From a virus, in UHGV virus genome UHGV-0152950: DNA of 18,833 bases. The stretch is one strand, 5' to 3'. Of this stretch, positions 7,010 through 14,750 are shown in pieces. The notes below the pieces were generated by a model. The model was not told the DNA's origin. It saw only the letters and a list, made by a program, of their open reading frames with translations, and made no database searches. Position 1 is the first letter of the stretch; each line of letters begins with the position of its first letter. A program made the position numbers and the translations under genes.

Positions 7010-7177
7010 TTATGCTTTGGCGGATTTCTTCCGGGCTTGCTTGCAGGCGTAGGCCATTGCTTTAGCTTTCACTTCATCCAGCTTCCCGGTGATCACTTCT
7101 TTTCCGAGAGTGACAAACCAGTCATAGCAACCGCCAGTGATGTTCTGGATTTGAAAGTTGAGGTAGCGAACGGTCAT
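7010..7177 (-). CDS. Putative small protein (55 aa) with basic C-terminus
   Basis: Not in the ORF track. Hand translation MTVRYLNFQIQNITGGCYDWFVTLGKEVITGKLDEVKAKAMAYACKQARKKSAKA, with a G-rich SD-like sequence upstream. The overlapping plus ORF 7037-7255 lacks signals. Confidence 0.35.
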   Translation of the reverse strand: MTVRYLNFQIQNITGGCYDWFVTLGKEVITGKLDEVKAKAMAYACKQARKKSAKA

Positions 7178-7508
7178 TTTGACACCCCCAGCGCGAGTAA
7201 AGAATGCAGATTATCGCGTGAGTGGCGGACAACGAGTGATGGGAAAAGACAGTAGCTGTTCATAGTGTAGTGACTCCTTGCTTTCGGAGCCGCCATCGAC
7301 TGTTCCACGGTCTGGTGGCGGCGCAATAAAGGCTGGAACACCGTGAGTCAACGGGGGCTTTTCAGCCACCTATATTGCACCGCCATTGGTATGGCGGCGG
7401 CAATCATACGAAAAACTAAATAGTTTGTCTCAAAAAGTTGACCGGTGTGCCAATGGGTAGTGAATGTACATCGGAGCATTTTTCAATTCAACTTAAAATG
7501 TTAGAAAA

Positions 7509-8087
7509 CTAATTTATCAATTCAATCGCCATCTGATACAACGCCATTTCATCGGCATTGTGCCGCATGAAATCTGCTTTTCCGCCTATTTTTCCGTCAG
7601 CATGAACAGGGACCAGCCAGGGATATTGTTCTCGGACCTCGGCTGGCGCTGCGTACTGGTGGTGCCATTTACACAAAGGGAGGACATATTTATGCGCGTT
7701 CTCTGCCGTTCTCCCGAAGATATGGTGCAGGGATACCACTGGGCTATGTTGCCCGTGAATATGGCAGGCAATGCAGGGGAGAGTACCGATAGCGGTCTGT
7801 ATCCGGCGTTCATCGGCTGTGAGTGATCTGCCCTTCAGGCCGCGTGACGTGCGTGTTTTTTTGGACGGAGTGGATACAGCTTTCTCTTTTCTCCGCTGGT
7901 CATATTGCTTTGCTTTTTCAATTCTCTTTTGCCGATATTCAGGCGATGCGGCTTTTTCTCTCGCTCGTTGCTGCTGGCGTTGAGCTTGTTGAAGGCGCTT
8001 TGCCCTTTGTTCCTCTCGCCAGGCTGGGTCAGCCAATTTTTGCATGGCTTTTTGTCTCTGTTTCTCCCAATAGCTCTGTTTCTGCAT
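7509..8087 (-). CDS. ref: Ref-like recombination enhancement function protein (HNH-type nuclease)
   Basis: 192 aa. Highly basic low-complexity N-terminus, then Cys/His core CIACHIHGQHSPVVSLHHIFGRTAENAHKYVLPLCKWHHQ typical of P1 Ref-family HNH proteins. Confidence 0.7.
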   Translation of the reverse strand: MQKQSYWEKQRQKAMQKLADPAWREEQRAKRLQQAQRQQQRAREKAASPEYRQKRIEKAKQYDQRRKEKAVSTPSKKTRTSRGLKGRSLTADERRIQTAIGTLPCIACHIHGQHSPVVSLHHIFGRTAENAHKYVLPLCKWHHQYAAPAEVREQYPWLVPVHADGKIGGKADFMRHNADEMALYQMAIELIN

Positions 8088-8136
8088 GATGGCTGCCTCT
8101 TACTTTTCAGCTATTTTTCTATGATTGATCTAAATG

Positions 8137-8164
8137 GTTAGATATTCAAAATTGATTTTCTAAC
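8137..8164. promoter_or_regulatory. Operator-like palindrome GTTAGA-N16-TCTAAC overlapping a sigma70-like promoter (-35 TTGATT)
   Basis: gttagatattcaaaattgattttctaac. The -35 TTGATT (8152-8157) lies inside the palindrome, with TAATAT about 16 nt downstream. A near-identical 28-bp site occurs at 11238-11265. Confidence 0.4.
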
Positions 8165-8207
8165 ACAAAACATTAATATCATTCCTGATAACTGTTTGGA
8201 GGACATG

Positions 8208-8360
8208 ATGCTTATAGCTTTAAGTGCGATCCACCAGCCATCTGTGAATGAGATTGGCCTGTTCTATGTGTTGTTTTTCGGGGCGCTGGCGCTACTTGAG
8301 CTTGGTATTGAGCTTTTCGCAGTGCTTATGTTTTGCGTCACGATTTTGGGGAAATTTTGA
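8208..8360 (+). CDS. Putative small membrane protein (about 50 aa), translationally coupled to the next gene
   Basis: Not in the ORF track. SD GGAGG at 8198-8202 before ATG 8205/8208. Product MLIALSAIHQPSVNEIGLFYVLFFGALALLELGIELFAVLMFCVTILGKF. Its stop TGA overlaps the ATG at 8360 (TGATG). Confidence 0.35.
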   Translation: MLIALSAIHQPSVNEIGLFYVLFFGALALLELGIELFAVLMFCVTILGKF

Positions 8361-8983
8361 TGGTGAAACGTGTTTTGAAAATTTACATCGCGGGGCCGAT
8401 GACTGGTTATCCAGACTACAACCGTGCGGCGTTTAATGCGAAAGCGAGCGAGCTGATGTCTGAAGGGCATATCGTTCTGAATCCAGCTGTGTTACCTGGT
8501 GGCCTTTGTCAGAGTGAATACATGGATATTTGCCTGGCAATGGTGCGTTCTGCTGATGCTATCTATCTGCTTAAGGGCTGGGAAGCGTCCGCAGGAGCAC
8601 GAGCAGAACACGCCCTGGCTGAAAAACTGGAGCTGACGGTAATTTATGAAGCGCCATCTGACACAGATTGCAGAATGGCAGCGCATATTTACCGCGAACT
8701 GGTCGATGCGTTACGTGATGTTGCTATTGAATGTCACGGCACGGATCAGCTTCGCGCTCGCTTAAGCAATACCCTTTCCAGTTACCTGTCTTTAGCCGAA
8801 GGATACAACCTCCGACAGCGGAGAATGGTCAAATTAATCACGCGTTTATCTCAATCCCTGGCAAATGCCGAACCAACTAATCCGCTACCTAATGACGCAA
8901 TGAATTATCTGAAGTCATGCGGCGTTGTTTCTGAAGATGCAGTTCGTTTTGTGGAGTTTATGTCTCAGAGGATGTCGGCGTGA
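8360..8983 (+). CDS. DUF4406-like protein (nucleoside 2-deoxyribosyltransferase-like fold) with C-terminal extension
   Basis: ATG 8360 chosen; the track start at 8333 is a TTG. N-terminal KIYIAGPMTGYPDYNRAAFNAKASELMSEGHIVLNPAV...LLKGWEASAGARAEHALA matches the DUF4406 pattern from memory. Confidence 0.7.
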   Translation: MVKRVLKIYIAGPMTGYPDYNRAAFNAKASELMSEGHIVLNPAVLPGGLCQSEYMDICLAMVRSADAIYLLKGWEASAGARAEHALAEKLELTVIYEAPSDTDCRMAAHIYRELVDALRDVAIECHGTDQLRARLSNTLSSYLSLAEGYNLRQRRMVKLITRLSQSLANAEPTNPLPNDAMNYLKSCGVVSEDAVRFVEFMSQRMSA

Positions 8984-9297
8984 GCTGGCGGGGATGGGGA
9001 AGGGCAGAAATCATGATACTCCGCCAGTGCGCCGGAACTATGACGGTCGAGAGTATCGGGAAGCTGATCGGTCGTACCGGTGATGCCGTCAGGACTAAAG
9101 CGCGAGAGCTGGGGATCAGAATGATTCTGAAAGGTGACTTTCACCAGTCAGCCAAATATCGGCAGAGCGATATAGAGCTGGCGCGGCAGCTTCATCAGTG
9201 CGGTGTTCCCCGCCGTGAGATCGCAGAAAAACTCGAAATGCCCCTGGGCATGATTAATCAGTACGTTTATTTCGAAAGGAGAGTGCATGAAGTCTGA
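8980..9297 (+). CDS. Small putative DNA-binding (HTH-like) protein
   Basis: GTG 8980 overlaps the upstream stop (GTGA); alternative ATG at 9013. Segment MTVESIGKLIGRTGDAVRTKARELGI looks HTH-like. Confidence 0.6.
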   Translation: MSWRGWGRAEIMILRQCAGTMTVESIGKLIGRTGDAVRTKARELGIRMILKGDFHQSAKYRQSDIELARQLHQCGVPRREIAEKLEMPLGMINQYVYFERRVHEV

Positions 9298-9721
9298 AGG
9301 TTTAACGCCAGAGCAACTGGCGGAGCGTAACGCTCAGTATGTGACGGAAATTTTCCGTCTTGAGAAAGAGCGCGCGGCGCTGGCGGCGGAGAATGCAGGG
9401 CTAAAGGCGATATGTGATGACTGTCGCAGGTTCATCATGAATGGGGTGCAGATGGGTTATGTCAAGGTGCCAACAGCGGAAACAGATCCAGACCTTGAGA
9501 CAATACGTATTGCTATATCACCACAAAAGCCCATTCCAGCCACCGATGCTTTCCTGGCTGAAGTACGGGCGCAGGGGGTAGAGATGTACGCAGATAACCT
9601 CGACAACGGAGCAGACGACGCAGAACGAGGTGGTTTTGATTATGCCGTTAAGTTTCTACGCAGTGAAGCGTCTAGTGTACGTTTGTTCGCCGACCAGCTT
9701 CGCAAAGGAGGCAGCCAGTGA
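9287..9721 (+). CDS. ead/Ea22-like family protein
   Basis: SD AAGGAG 6 nt before ATG. C-terminal TDAFLAEVRAQGVEMYADNLDNGADDAERGGFDYAVKFLRSEASSVRLFADQLRKGG is shared almost exactly with CDS 12604-13197. Confidence 0.8.
   Translation: MKSEGLTPEQLAERNAQYVTEIFRLEKERAALAAENAGLKAICDDCRRFIMNGVQMGYVKVPTAETDPDLETIRIAISPQKPIPATDAFLAEVRAQGVEMYADNLDNGADDAERGGFDYAVKFLRSEASSVRLFADQLRKGGSQ
9536..9720. repeat. Direct repeat copy 1 (about 185 bp, 2 mismatches versus copy 2)
   Basis: Aligned by eye to 13011-13196. Covers the 3' coding end of an Ea22-like gene plus the SD and start codon of the next gene. Confidence 0.85.
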
Positions 9722-9993
9722 ATATCGACACGACAATAACGATCGATACGCTCCTAAATTCCGGTCTGGCACTTCTCGGTTGGCTTTACATCATGTTCAG
9801 TGCGGGGAAGTGGGCGGCCTCTGTTTTTCTAAAGCAGTGGGGAAAGCGCCGCAAACAGGAGAGACGCCAGAAAGCGTTAGAGGCGTTCTATGACGCATTT
9901 GAACTTAGCCGCATTGAGCCTGGCACAACAGCCAGGATAGCGACAAAAGGCGACCTGATGATAGTGATGTTCAGACAGGAGAAAACAAAATGA
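9718..9993 (+). CDS. Small membrane protein
   Basis: GTG start overlapping the upstream stop; SD AAGGAGG. One hydrophobic helix LLNSGLALLGWLYIMFSAG followed by a basic segment. Confidence 0.6.
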   Translation: MNIDTTITIDTLLNSGLALLGWLYIMFSAGKWAASVFLKQWGKRRKQERRQKALEAFYDAFELSRIEPGTTARIATKGDLMIVMFRQEKTK

Positions 9994-10214
9994 CAGAACA
10001 GACGATGACAAATCGCGAACTTGTTGATGCCGCGATTGAACTTGCTGGCGATTTTTATTCCATGATGGGTTACGAGCATCGACCTGGTTTTAAGTATTGG
10101 GAGTCACCGCATCCGCAAGAACAACAGGTGTTTGAAATGGCCTGCCGTGCTTTTGAGGTTATTCGCGGTTCTGATGTGATGGATGCCGTTGCCGACTTGG
10201 AGGATGAAGAGTGA
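9990..10214 (+). CDS. Hypothetical protein
   Basis: ATG overlaps the upstream stop (ATGA); SD-like CAGGAG; 74 aa, acidic C-terminus. Confidence 0.65.
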   Translation: MTEQTMTNRELVDAAIELAGDFYSMMGYEHRPGFKYWESPHPQEQQVFEMACRAFEVIRGSDVMDAVADLEDEE

Positions 10215-10522
10215 GCATCATTAAAGAAATGCCGGTAGAACGTGATGAATATGGCTGCTGGACACATCCGGAGTATGAAAAGTTTTGCGCAGGTCGTGAA
10301 TATATATCCACTGAGGAATTTGACGCCTGGATGAAGGAAAATAATCTTCAGTGGACTATTCGCAGTATGGATGAAGATGATTTTGATCTGGACGCAGCTG
10401 GTCCCGATATTGCCGCCTGGGAACCGGAGCGACCAGAGGGTGAAGGCTGGTTTGTTGGCTCTATTCATGACACTGAAGATGGTCCAGTTTGTATCTGGCT
10501 GCGGGAGAAGGTTGCCGCATGA
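10211..10522 (+). CDS. Hypothetical protein
   Basis: GTG start overlapping the upstream stop; 103 aa. Confidence 0.6.
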   Translation: MSIIKEMPVERDEYGCWTHPEYEKFCAGREYISTEEFDAWMKENNLQWTIRSMDEDDFDLDAAGPDIAAWEPERPEGEGWFVGSIHDTEDGPVCIWLREKVAA

Positions 10523-11211
10523 TCCAGGCTATGCATGAAGTGAATTTATATAGCCGTATTGATGGTTCTGGCTACAGAAACATATGGGTAGTTGGTGATC
10601 TGCATGGTTGCTACACCAGACTGATGTCCGAACTCCATCGTGTGGATTTTGACCCGGCGCAGGATTTACTGATATCGGTTGGCGACCTTATCGATCGCGG
10701 TACTGAAAATGTCGAATGTCTGGAACTATTGCAGATGCCCTGGTTCAGGGCAGTAATGGGGAACCATGAGCGGTTGATGCTTGATGCGTTAAGTCCTGAT
10801 GGCAACGTGAATAACTGGCTAATGAATGGCGGACAATGGTTCTTCATGCTGGACACTGATCAGGAAATATTAGCCAAGGCGCTGGTGGAGCTGGTAAAGC
10901 GTCTGCCATATATCATTGAGTTGAACACCGGACATGAAACTATCGTTATAGCCCATGCCGACTATCCAGGTGGAGAGTACCAGTTCGGTAAGGATGTATC
11001 GCTTTTTGATGTTGTCTGGTCGCGCAGTCGCGTCGGTGATTCGATAGATGGCATTGGTGGAGAAATCACAGGCGCAGATCGCTTTATCTTTGGGCACACA
11101 CCGGTACGAAGACCAAAAGCATACTGGAATCAGCACTACATAGACACGGGCGCGGTTTTTTGTGGAAATCTGACGCTAATGCAGGTGAAGGGAGGGCAGC
11201 TTAAAGTCTGA
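10519..11211 (+). CDS. Serine/threonine protein phosphatase (lambda PPase / PrpA-like metallophosphoesterase)
   Basis: Motifs GDLHGC, GDLIDRG, GNHE and IAHADYP present. ATG 10519 overlaps the upstream stop; the track start at 10489 is a TTG. Confidence 0.9.
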   Translation: MIQAMHEVNLYSRIDGSGYRNIWVVGDLHGCYTRLMSELHRVDFDPAQDLLISVGDLIDRGTENVECLELLQMPWFRAVMGNHERLMLDALSPDGNVNNWLMNGGQWFFMLDTDQEILAKALVELVKRLPYIIELNTGHETIVIAHADYPGGEYQFGKDVSLFDVVWSRSRVGDSIDGIGGEITGADRFIFGHTPVRRPKAYWNQHYIDTGAVFCGNLTLMQVKGGQLKV

Positions 11212-11237
11212 TCAAATCATTTACGCACTCAAAATGC

Positions 11238-11265
11238 GTTAGAATATTGATTTTAGTTTTCTAAC
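11238..11265. promoter_or_regulatory. Second operator-like palindrome GTTAGA-N16-TCTAAC overlapping a promoter (-35 TTGATT, -10 TATTTT)
   Basis: gttagaatattgattttagttttctaac. TTGATT at 11247-11252 and TATTTT 17 nt downstream. Lies in the only sizeable intergenic gap of the plus-strand array, upstream of the DUF968 gene. Confidence 0.4.
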
Positions 11266-11308
11266 ATATTATTTTACCACTCGGAACAAAACAGAGTCGG
11301 TATGCATT

Positions 11309-12304
11309 ATGAGTGCAATAATCACCCCATATGTCGTAAATGAAACTGGTGTGGCTGTCTTTCCGGTAGACAAGCCCACCAGCAACTACATCGGCGCAGG
11401 TCGCCGTTTCATTATCTCACCACTTCCGCGAGAACAGGCTGAAAACACTCCAGATGGCGTAGTGGATCTGAATTATTCGCTGGTTGCCAACCAGTCGCTG
11501 AAACCATTTTTTCAAAGCGAGCGCGTATTTAACGCGTTAGGCGGTGAAGATTCGCTTGTTCATTGGGTAAGTTCCAATATCCACGATTGCCAGGCGCACG
11601 ATAAGCGCGATTGCAGCCACCAGCTAACCACTCATTTCTATAACGGCTCTGCCGTTCGCCTGTGCTGGAAGCATGATGCGGAATACATGATGAAGGGGTA
11701 CAGCAAGCTGGACGACCAGTTATCCCTGAATCGCGCCAACTGGGTTATGAACTGGGCTGCGAGCGAGTTAAAACTACCGCCAGAACGCGATCTGAGCATG
11801 GTTGAACTCACTTTTTGGGCCATTCGCCGGAATCTGAAAGATGAGCTGCCAGATGAAGCCGGGCGCATTGCATTTTGTCAGCCAAAAACTGAAATCCCTA
11901 CCGGTGCGCTGAAAGAATCAGATATCACCTGGGAGCGCAGTACGCGCGAGCTGGTGGACATAACCGCAGAGCAGATCGTCAACCTGTCTGTAGATGAGGA
12001 TTCTGGCCTCCTATATATGCGCCGTCCAAAAACCTTACTCGGAAAAAGCCCGGCTTATCTCCGCTTTGTGGTTTCTCGTCCGTGCATCGGATGCGGTGGC
12101 AAAGTTAACCACCCGTTCATGTACCGCGCCCGCTCGTTAAACGAACACGACCGCTGGGCTGTTCCTCTTTGCGATGACTGCGCCAGAAGCGCAGAACACG
12201 ATGTCCGGGCATGGGAAAAAGCACATGGCATACGCCTTTATGTAGTCGCTAACCAGCTTTTCGACTTCGCCATCGAGCGCGGAGTGATCACGTTTAATAA
12301 CTGA
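11309..12304 (+). CDS. DUF968-like prophage protein with C-terminal Cys/His (HNH-like) cluster
   Basis: 331 aa. C-terminal CIGCGGKVNHPFMYRARSLNEHDRWAVPLCDDCARSAEHD resembles DUF968 proteins of lambdoid nin-type regions (from memory). Confidence 0.75.
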   Translation: MSAIITPYVVNETGVAVFPVDKPTSNYIGAGRRFIISPLPREQAENTPDGVVDLNYSLVANQSLKPFFQSERVFNALGGEDSLVHWVSSNIHDCQAHDKRDCSHQLTTHFYNGSAVRLCWKHDAEYMMKGYSKLDDQLSLNRANWVMNWAASELKLPPERDLSMVELTFWAIRRNLKDELPDEAGRIAFCQPKTEIPTGALKESDITWERSTRELVDITAEQIVNLSVDEDSGLLYMRRPKTLLGKSPAYLRFVVSRPCIGCGGKVNHPFMYRARSLNEHDRWAVPLCDDCARSAEHDVRAWEKAHGIRLYVVANQLFDFAIERGVITFNN

Positions 12305-12317
12305 TGGGAACAACGCA

Positions 12318-12617
12318 ATGAGTCAAGGTAACGGTGACGGAGCTGCAAAGTGCAGAATCTCCACTTGTTTGATTAATGGCAGAAAAATAGAACCGTGCGC
12401 GGCGCTGGCACAATCTCTGGAGCAGGATGCTGAATACACGACGCGAAAAGGCCTGCTGAAATACAAAGTCTATAACCATGAATTAATTCATTCACAGGAC
12501 CTGATCATGCTGCGGTCTGGTGAATTTTCTAAATCGCCTATTCGAGTTTCATTTTGCCCATTCTGTGGTGAAAGTCTGAAAACGTGGGAAGCGGAGGCAA
12601 CCAGTGAGCAAAATTAA
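12318..12617 (+). CDS. Small Cys-containing (zinc-ribbon-like) protein
   Basis: 99 aa with CRISTC ... CPFCG pairs; weak SD. Confidence 0.55.
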   Translation: MSQGNGDGAAKCRISTCLINGRKIEPCAALAQSLEQDAEYTTRKGLLKYKVYNHELIHSQDLIMLRSGEFSKSPIRVSFCPFCGESLKTWEAEATSEQN

Positions 12618-13197
12618 CTATCAAGAACTGCGCGAGGCGGCGGAACAGGCAACGCAAGATGAATGGGTAGCATATATTTTGCCGGGTCATAACGGCATTT
12701 ATCCTGCGCGCACGTCTGAGGGTAGGCATTGCGGATACTTTATTGACTGGCCTGGCGTCTGTCAGGGGCGGGAGAGCATCAGCATCAGAACCTACGCAGT
12801 GAATTGCAATGACGCATGGCTAAACACCGAAGGTGATGACATCTCCGGCTCATACGTTAAGTACAAAGACCATCAGGAAGTGGTTGCCGCTCTTGAGGCC
12901 AAGTGCGCGGCGCTGGCAGTGGAGAATGCGGCGCTTAAACAGTCGGAGAAGGAATTTAATAACTTCTGTCGTCAGGAGTACTACGGTTGGGAGGACAACT
13001 TCACGGAAACCCCAGCCACCGATGCTTTCCTGGCTGAAGTACGGGCGCAGGGGGTAGAGATGTACGCAGATAACCTCGACAACGGAGCAGACGACGTAGA
13101 ACGAGGTGGTTTTGATTATGCCGTTAAGTTTCTACGCAGTGAAGCGTCTAGTGTACGTTTGTTCGCCGACCAGCTTCGCAAAGGAGGCAACCAGTGA
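12604..13197 (+). CDS. ead/Ea22-like family protein
   Basis: GTG start with SD GGAGG. N-terminus MSKINYQELREAAEQATQDEW; C-terminal 60 aa near-identical to CDS 9287-9721. Confidence 0.8.
   Translation: MSKINYQELREAAEQATQDEWVAYILPGHNGIYPARTSEGRHCGYFIDWPGVCQGRESISIRTYAVNCNDAWLNTEGDDISGSYVKYKDHQEVVAALEAKCAALAVENAALKQSEKEFNNFCRQEYYGWEDNFTETPATDAFLAEVRAQGVEMYADNLDNGADDVERGGFDYAVKFLRSEASSVRLFADQLRKGGNQ
13011..13196. repeat. Direct repeat copy 2
   Basis: See copy 1 at 9536-9720. Confidence 0.85.
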
Positions 13198-13748
13198 GCA
13201 AGATTGACTATCAGGCACTGCGTGCCAAGGCAGAAAAAGCAACGTGTGGTGAGTGGTCGCTCGAATATGGAGAGGAGAGATTTGATGCTGGTGATGCGCT
13301 AATTCATCGTGAAGTTGTTGGATATCTTCCCATTTGCAGAATTGAAGGAGCGCATCCTGAAAGCGGTTTCGATGAAGATTTCCAGATGGAACAGCAGGCC
13401 AATGCTGAATTTATTGCTGCCTTTAATCCAAAGGTTGCTTTGGCACTACTGGATGAACGGGAAAGAAACCAGCAATACATCAAATCCCGCGACCAGGAGA
13501 ACGAGGATATTGCGCTAACGGTAGGGAAGTTGCGCGTTGAGCTTGAGGCAGAAAAACAGCGGGCAAAGGATCTGTTTATGGAAAATGCTCGGCTTAAGTC
13601 AGGTATAGCCGGTCTGATACACCTCGGTATTCGATATGCAGATGTTGATGTCATGAAAATTGCTGGAGATGCCCAGCTTTCTACCCCATGCACTGACAGC
13701 ATCATAAACAGCATTGCAACAGGCATTCGCATCAACGGAGGTGAGTAG
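13194..13748 (+). CDS. ead/Ea22-like family protein (N-terminal paralog, different C-terminus)
   Basis: GTG start overlapping the upstream stop. N-terminus MSKIDYQALRAKAEKATCGEW parallels that of 12604; coiled-coil middle. Confidence 0.75.
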   Translation: MSKIDYQALRAKAEKATCGEWSLEYGEERFDAGDALIHREVVGYLPICRIEGAHPESGFDEDFQMEQQANAEFIAAFNPKVALALLDERERNQQYIKSRDQENEDIALTVGKLRVELEAEKQRAKDLFMENARLKSGIAGLIHLGIRYADVDVMKIAGDAQLSTPCTDSIINSIATGIRINGGE

Positions 13749-13920
13749 TGCGTGTGGCATGTATTGGCTTGTTACCGTACCCGACTCGTTTTTGGGCTTC
13801 TGCGCTAATTGCAAAGCCACAGGTCCTGATGGCTGACAACATCACCCCAGCACCAAAGCGCCGCCATACCGGTATTGCAGCGGCACGACGAGCAGCAAAG
13901 AGACGCAGGAGAGCAAAGCG

Positions 13921-14097
13921 ATGAAAAACCGTAAGGCAAAACGACTTTTTTTACAGCGACCTGTGCGTGTGGTGGAGCTGGTTATTAGCAACCATAAGAT
14001 AGCGGTACTCCATCCATTTGGTCAGGTGGCTTTTGCCGCAAAGCGTAAGCCTACTGCGTCACAGAACAGGCGGAAGAAAGGGTACGCAGTAAGATGA
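13921..14097 (+). CDS. Putative small basic protein (58 aa)
   Basis: Not in the ORF track. Begins ATGAAAAACCGTAAGGCAAA, nearly identical to the start of the next ORF; its stop overlaps the next ATG. Confidence 0.3.
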   Translation: MKNRKAKRLFLQRPVRVVELVISNHKIAVLHPFGQVAFAAKRKPTASQNRRKKGYAVR

Positions 14098-14282
14098 AAA
14101 ACCGTAAAGCAAAGATTCTGTTAGTTCGTAGAAACGCTCCTGGCGTCTGGCAGTGGGTGAGACTCAGCAACCGACGGATGGGGTTGATGAAATATTACGG
14201 GATGATGGATTGTGGTTTTTGCAAAAAGCCCAGCGCGGCGCAAAACCGCTGGAAAAACCATTTGCGCACTAAAGGAGAGTGA
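14094..14282 (+). CDS. Small basic Cys-containing protein
   Basis: 62 aa, MKNRKAKILLVRRNAPGVWQW...CGFCKK. Confidence 0.5.
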   Translation: MKNRKAKILLVRRNAPGVWQWVRLSNRRMGLMKYYGMMDCGFCKKPSAAQNRWKNHLRTKGE

Positions 14283-14283
14283 T

Positions 14284-14493
14284 ATGGCTATTGCCGCAAG
14301 TTACACCATGCATCTCTATTGTGACTGCCGCCAGTGTACGGAAGGTGTATATCCAGTGCCAGACTTCGGTGAATATATCGGTACGTCATGGGCTGGCTGT
14401 GCAAAAGAGGCACGTAAGGATGGCTGGCGAATAAGCAAAGACAAAACACGTGCTTTTGCGCCCGGGCATAAAGTTTTGAGGATTAACAAATGA
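14284..14493 (+). CDS. Small Cys-rich protein (69 aa)
   Basis: Consensus SD AAGGAG 6 nt before ATG 14284. The track start 14212 overlaps the upstream gene and lacks an SD. CDC..C motif. Confidence 0.55.
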   Translation: MAIAASYTMHLYCDCRQCTEGVYPVPDFGEYIGTSWAGCAKEARKDGWRISKDKTRAFAPGHKVLRINK

Positions 14494-14750
14494 CCACTTT
14501 AACCGACAAAGAACTGATTAAAGAAATCAAAGAGCGTATCAGCAGCCTGGACGTTCGAGACAATATTGAACGCCGGGCTTATGAAATTGCACTGGCATCG
14601 CTGGAAGCAGATCCAGTTGCTTATATTTTCAAACATCCGGCCGGGAAATTATTCTGGGCTTTAACGGATGAAAGCAATAAAGAGCAAGCGGACGTTATTC
14701 CTGTTTATGCCGCCCCCTCCAGTACCAGTAGTACCTGCTGCATTACCTGA
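14490..14750 (+). CDS. N-terminal part of a DUF551-like protein (frame 0), probably interrupted by a frameshift
   Basis: ATG overlaps the upstream stop. Ends ...VIPVYAAPSSTSSTCCIT just after a C5 run (14713-14717). The +1 frame continues with a Pro-rich linker and the DUF551-like domain. Confidence 0.55.
   Translation: MTTLTDKELIKEIKERISSLDVRDNIERRAYEIALASLEADPVAYIFKHPAGKLFWALTDESNKEQADVIPVYAAPSSTSSTCCIT

Noticed and set aside
7560-8141. Several plus- and minus-strand ORFs (70-88 aa) overlapping the ref-like gene
   Set aside because: All overlap the well-supported Ref-like CDS in other frames and look like frame artefacts of its GC- and repeat-rich basic N-terminal coding region.
8248-8436. 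Plus-strand ORF (62 aa) across the DUF4406 gene start
   Set aside because: Out of frame with the DUF4406-like CDS. The alternative 8208-8360 frame has an SD and a hydrophobic product, so this one is taken as spurious.
9630-9893. Plus-strand ORF (87 aa) spanning the Ea22-like / small membrane protein junction
   Set aside because: Overlaps two better-supported coupled CDSs in a third frame; no SD.
10070-10468. Minus-strand ORF (132 aa) opposite two plus-strand genes
   Set aside because: Antisense to the coupled plus-strand array; low-complexity product.
10611-11136. Minus-strand ORFs (81 and 88 aa) inside the phosphatase gene
   Set aside because: Antisense shadow ORFs inside a CDS with clear metallophosphoesterase motifs.
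13304-13735. Minus-strand ORF (143 aa) inside the third Ea22-like gene
   Set aside because: Antisense shadow ORF; Ser/Ala-rich low-complexity translation.
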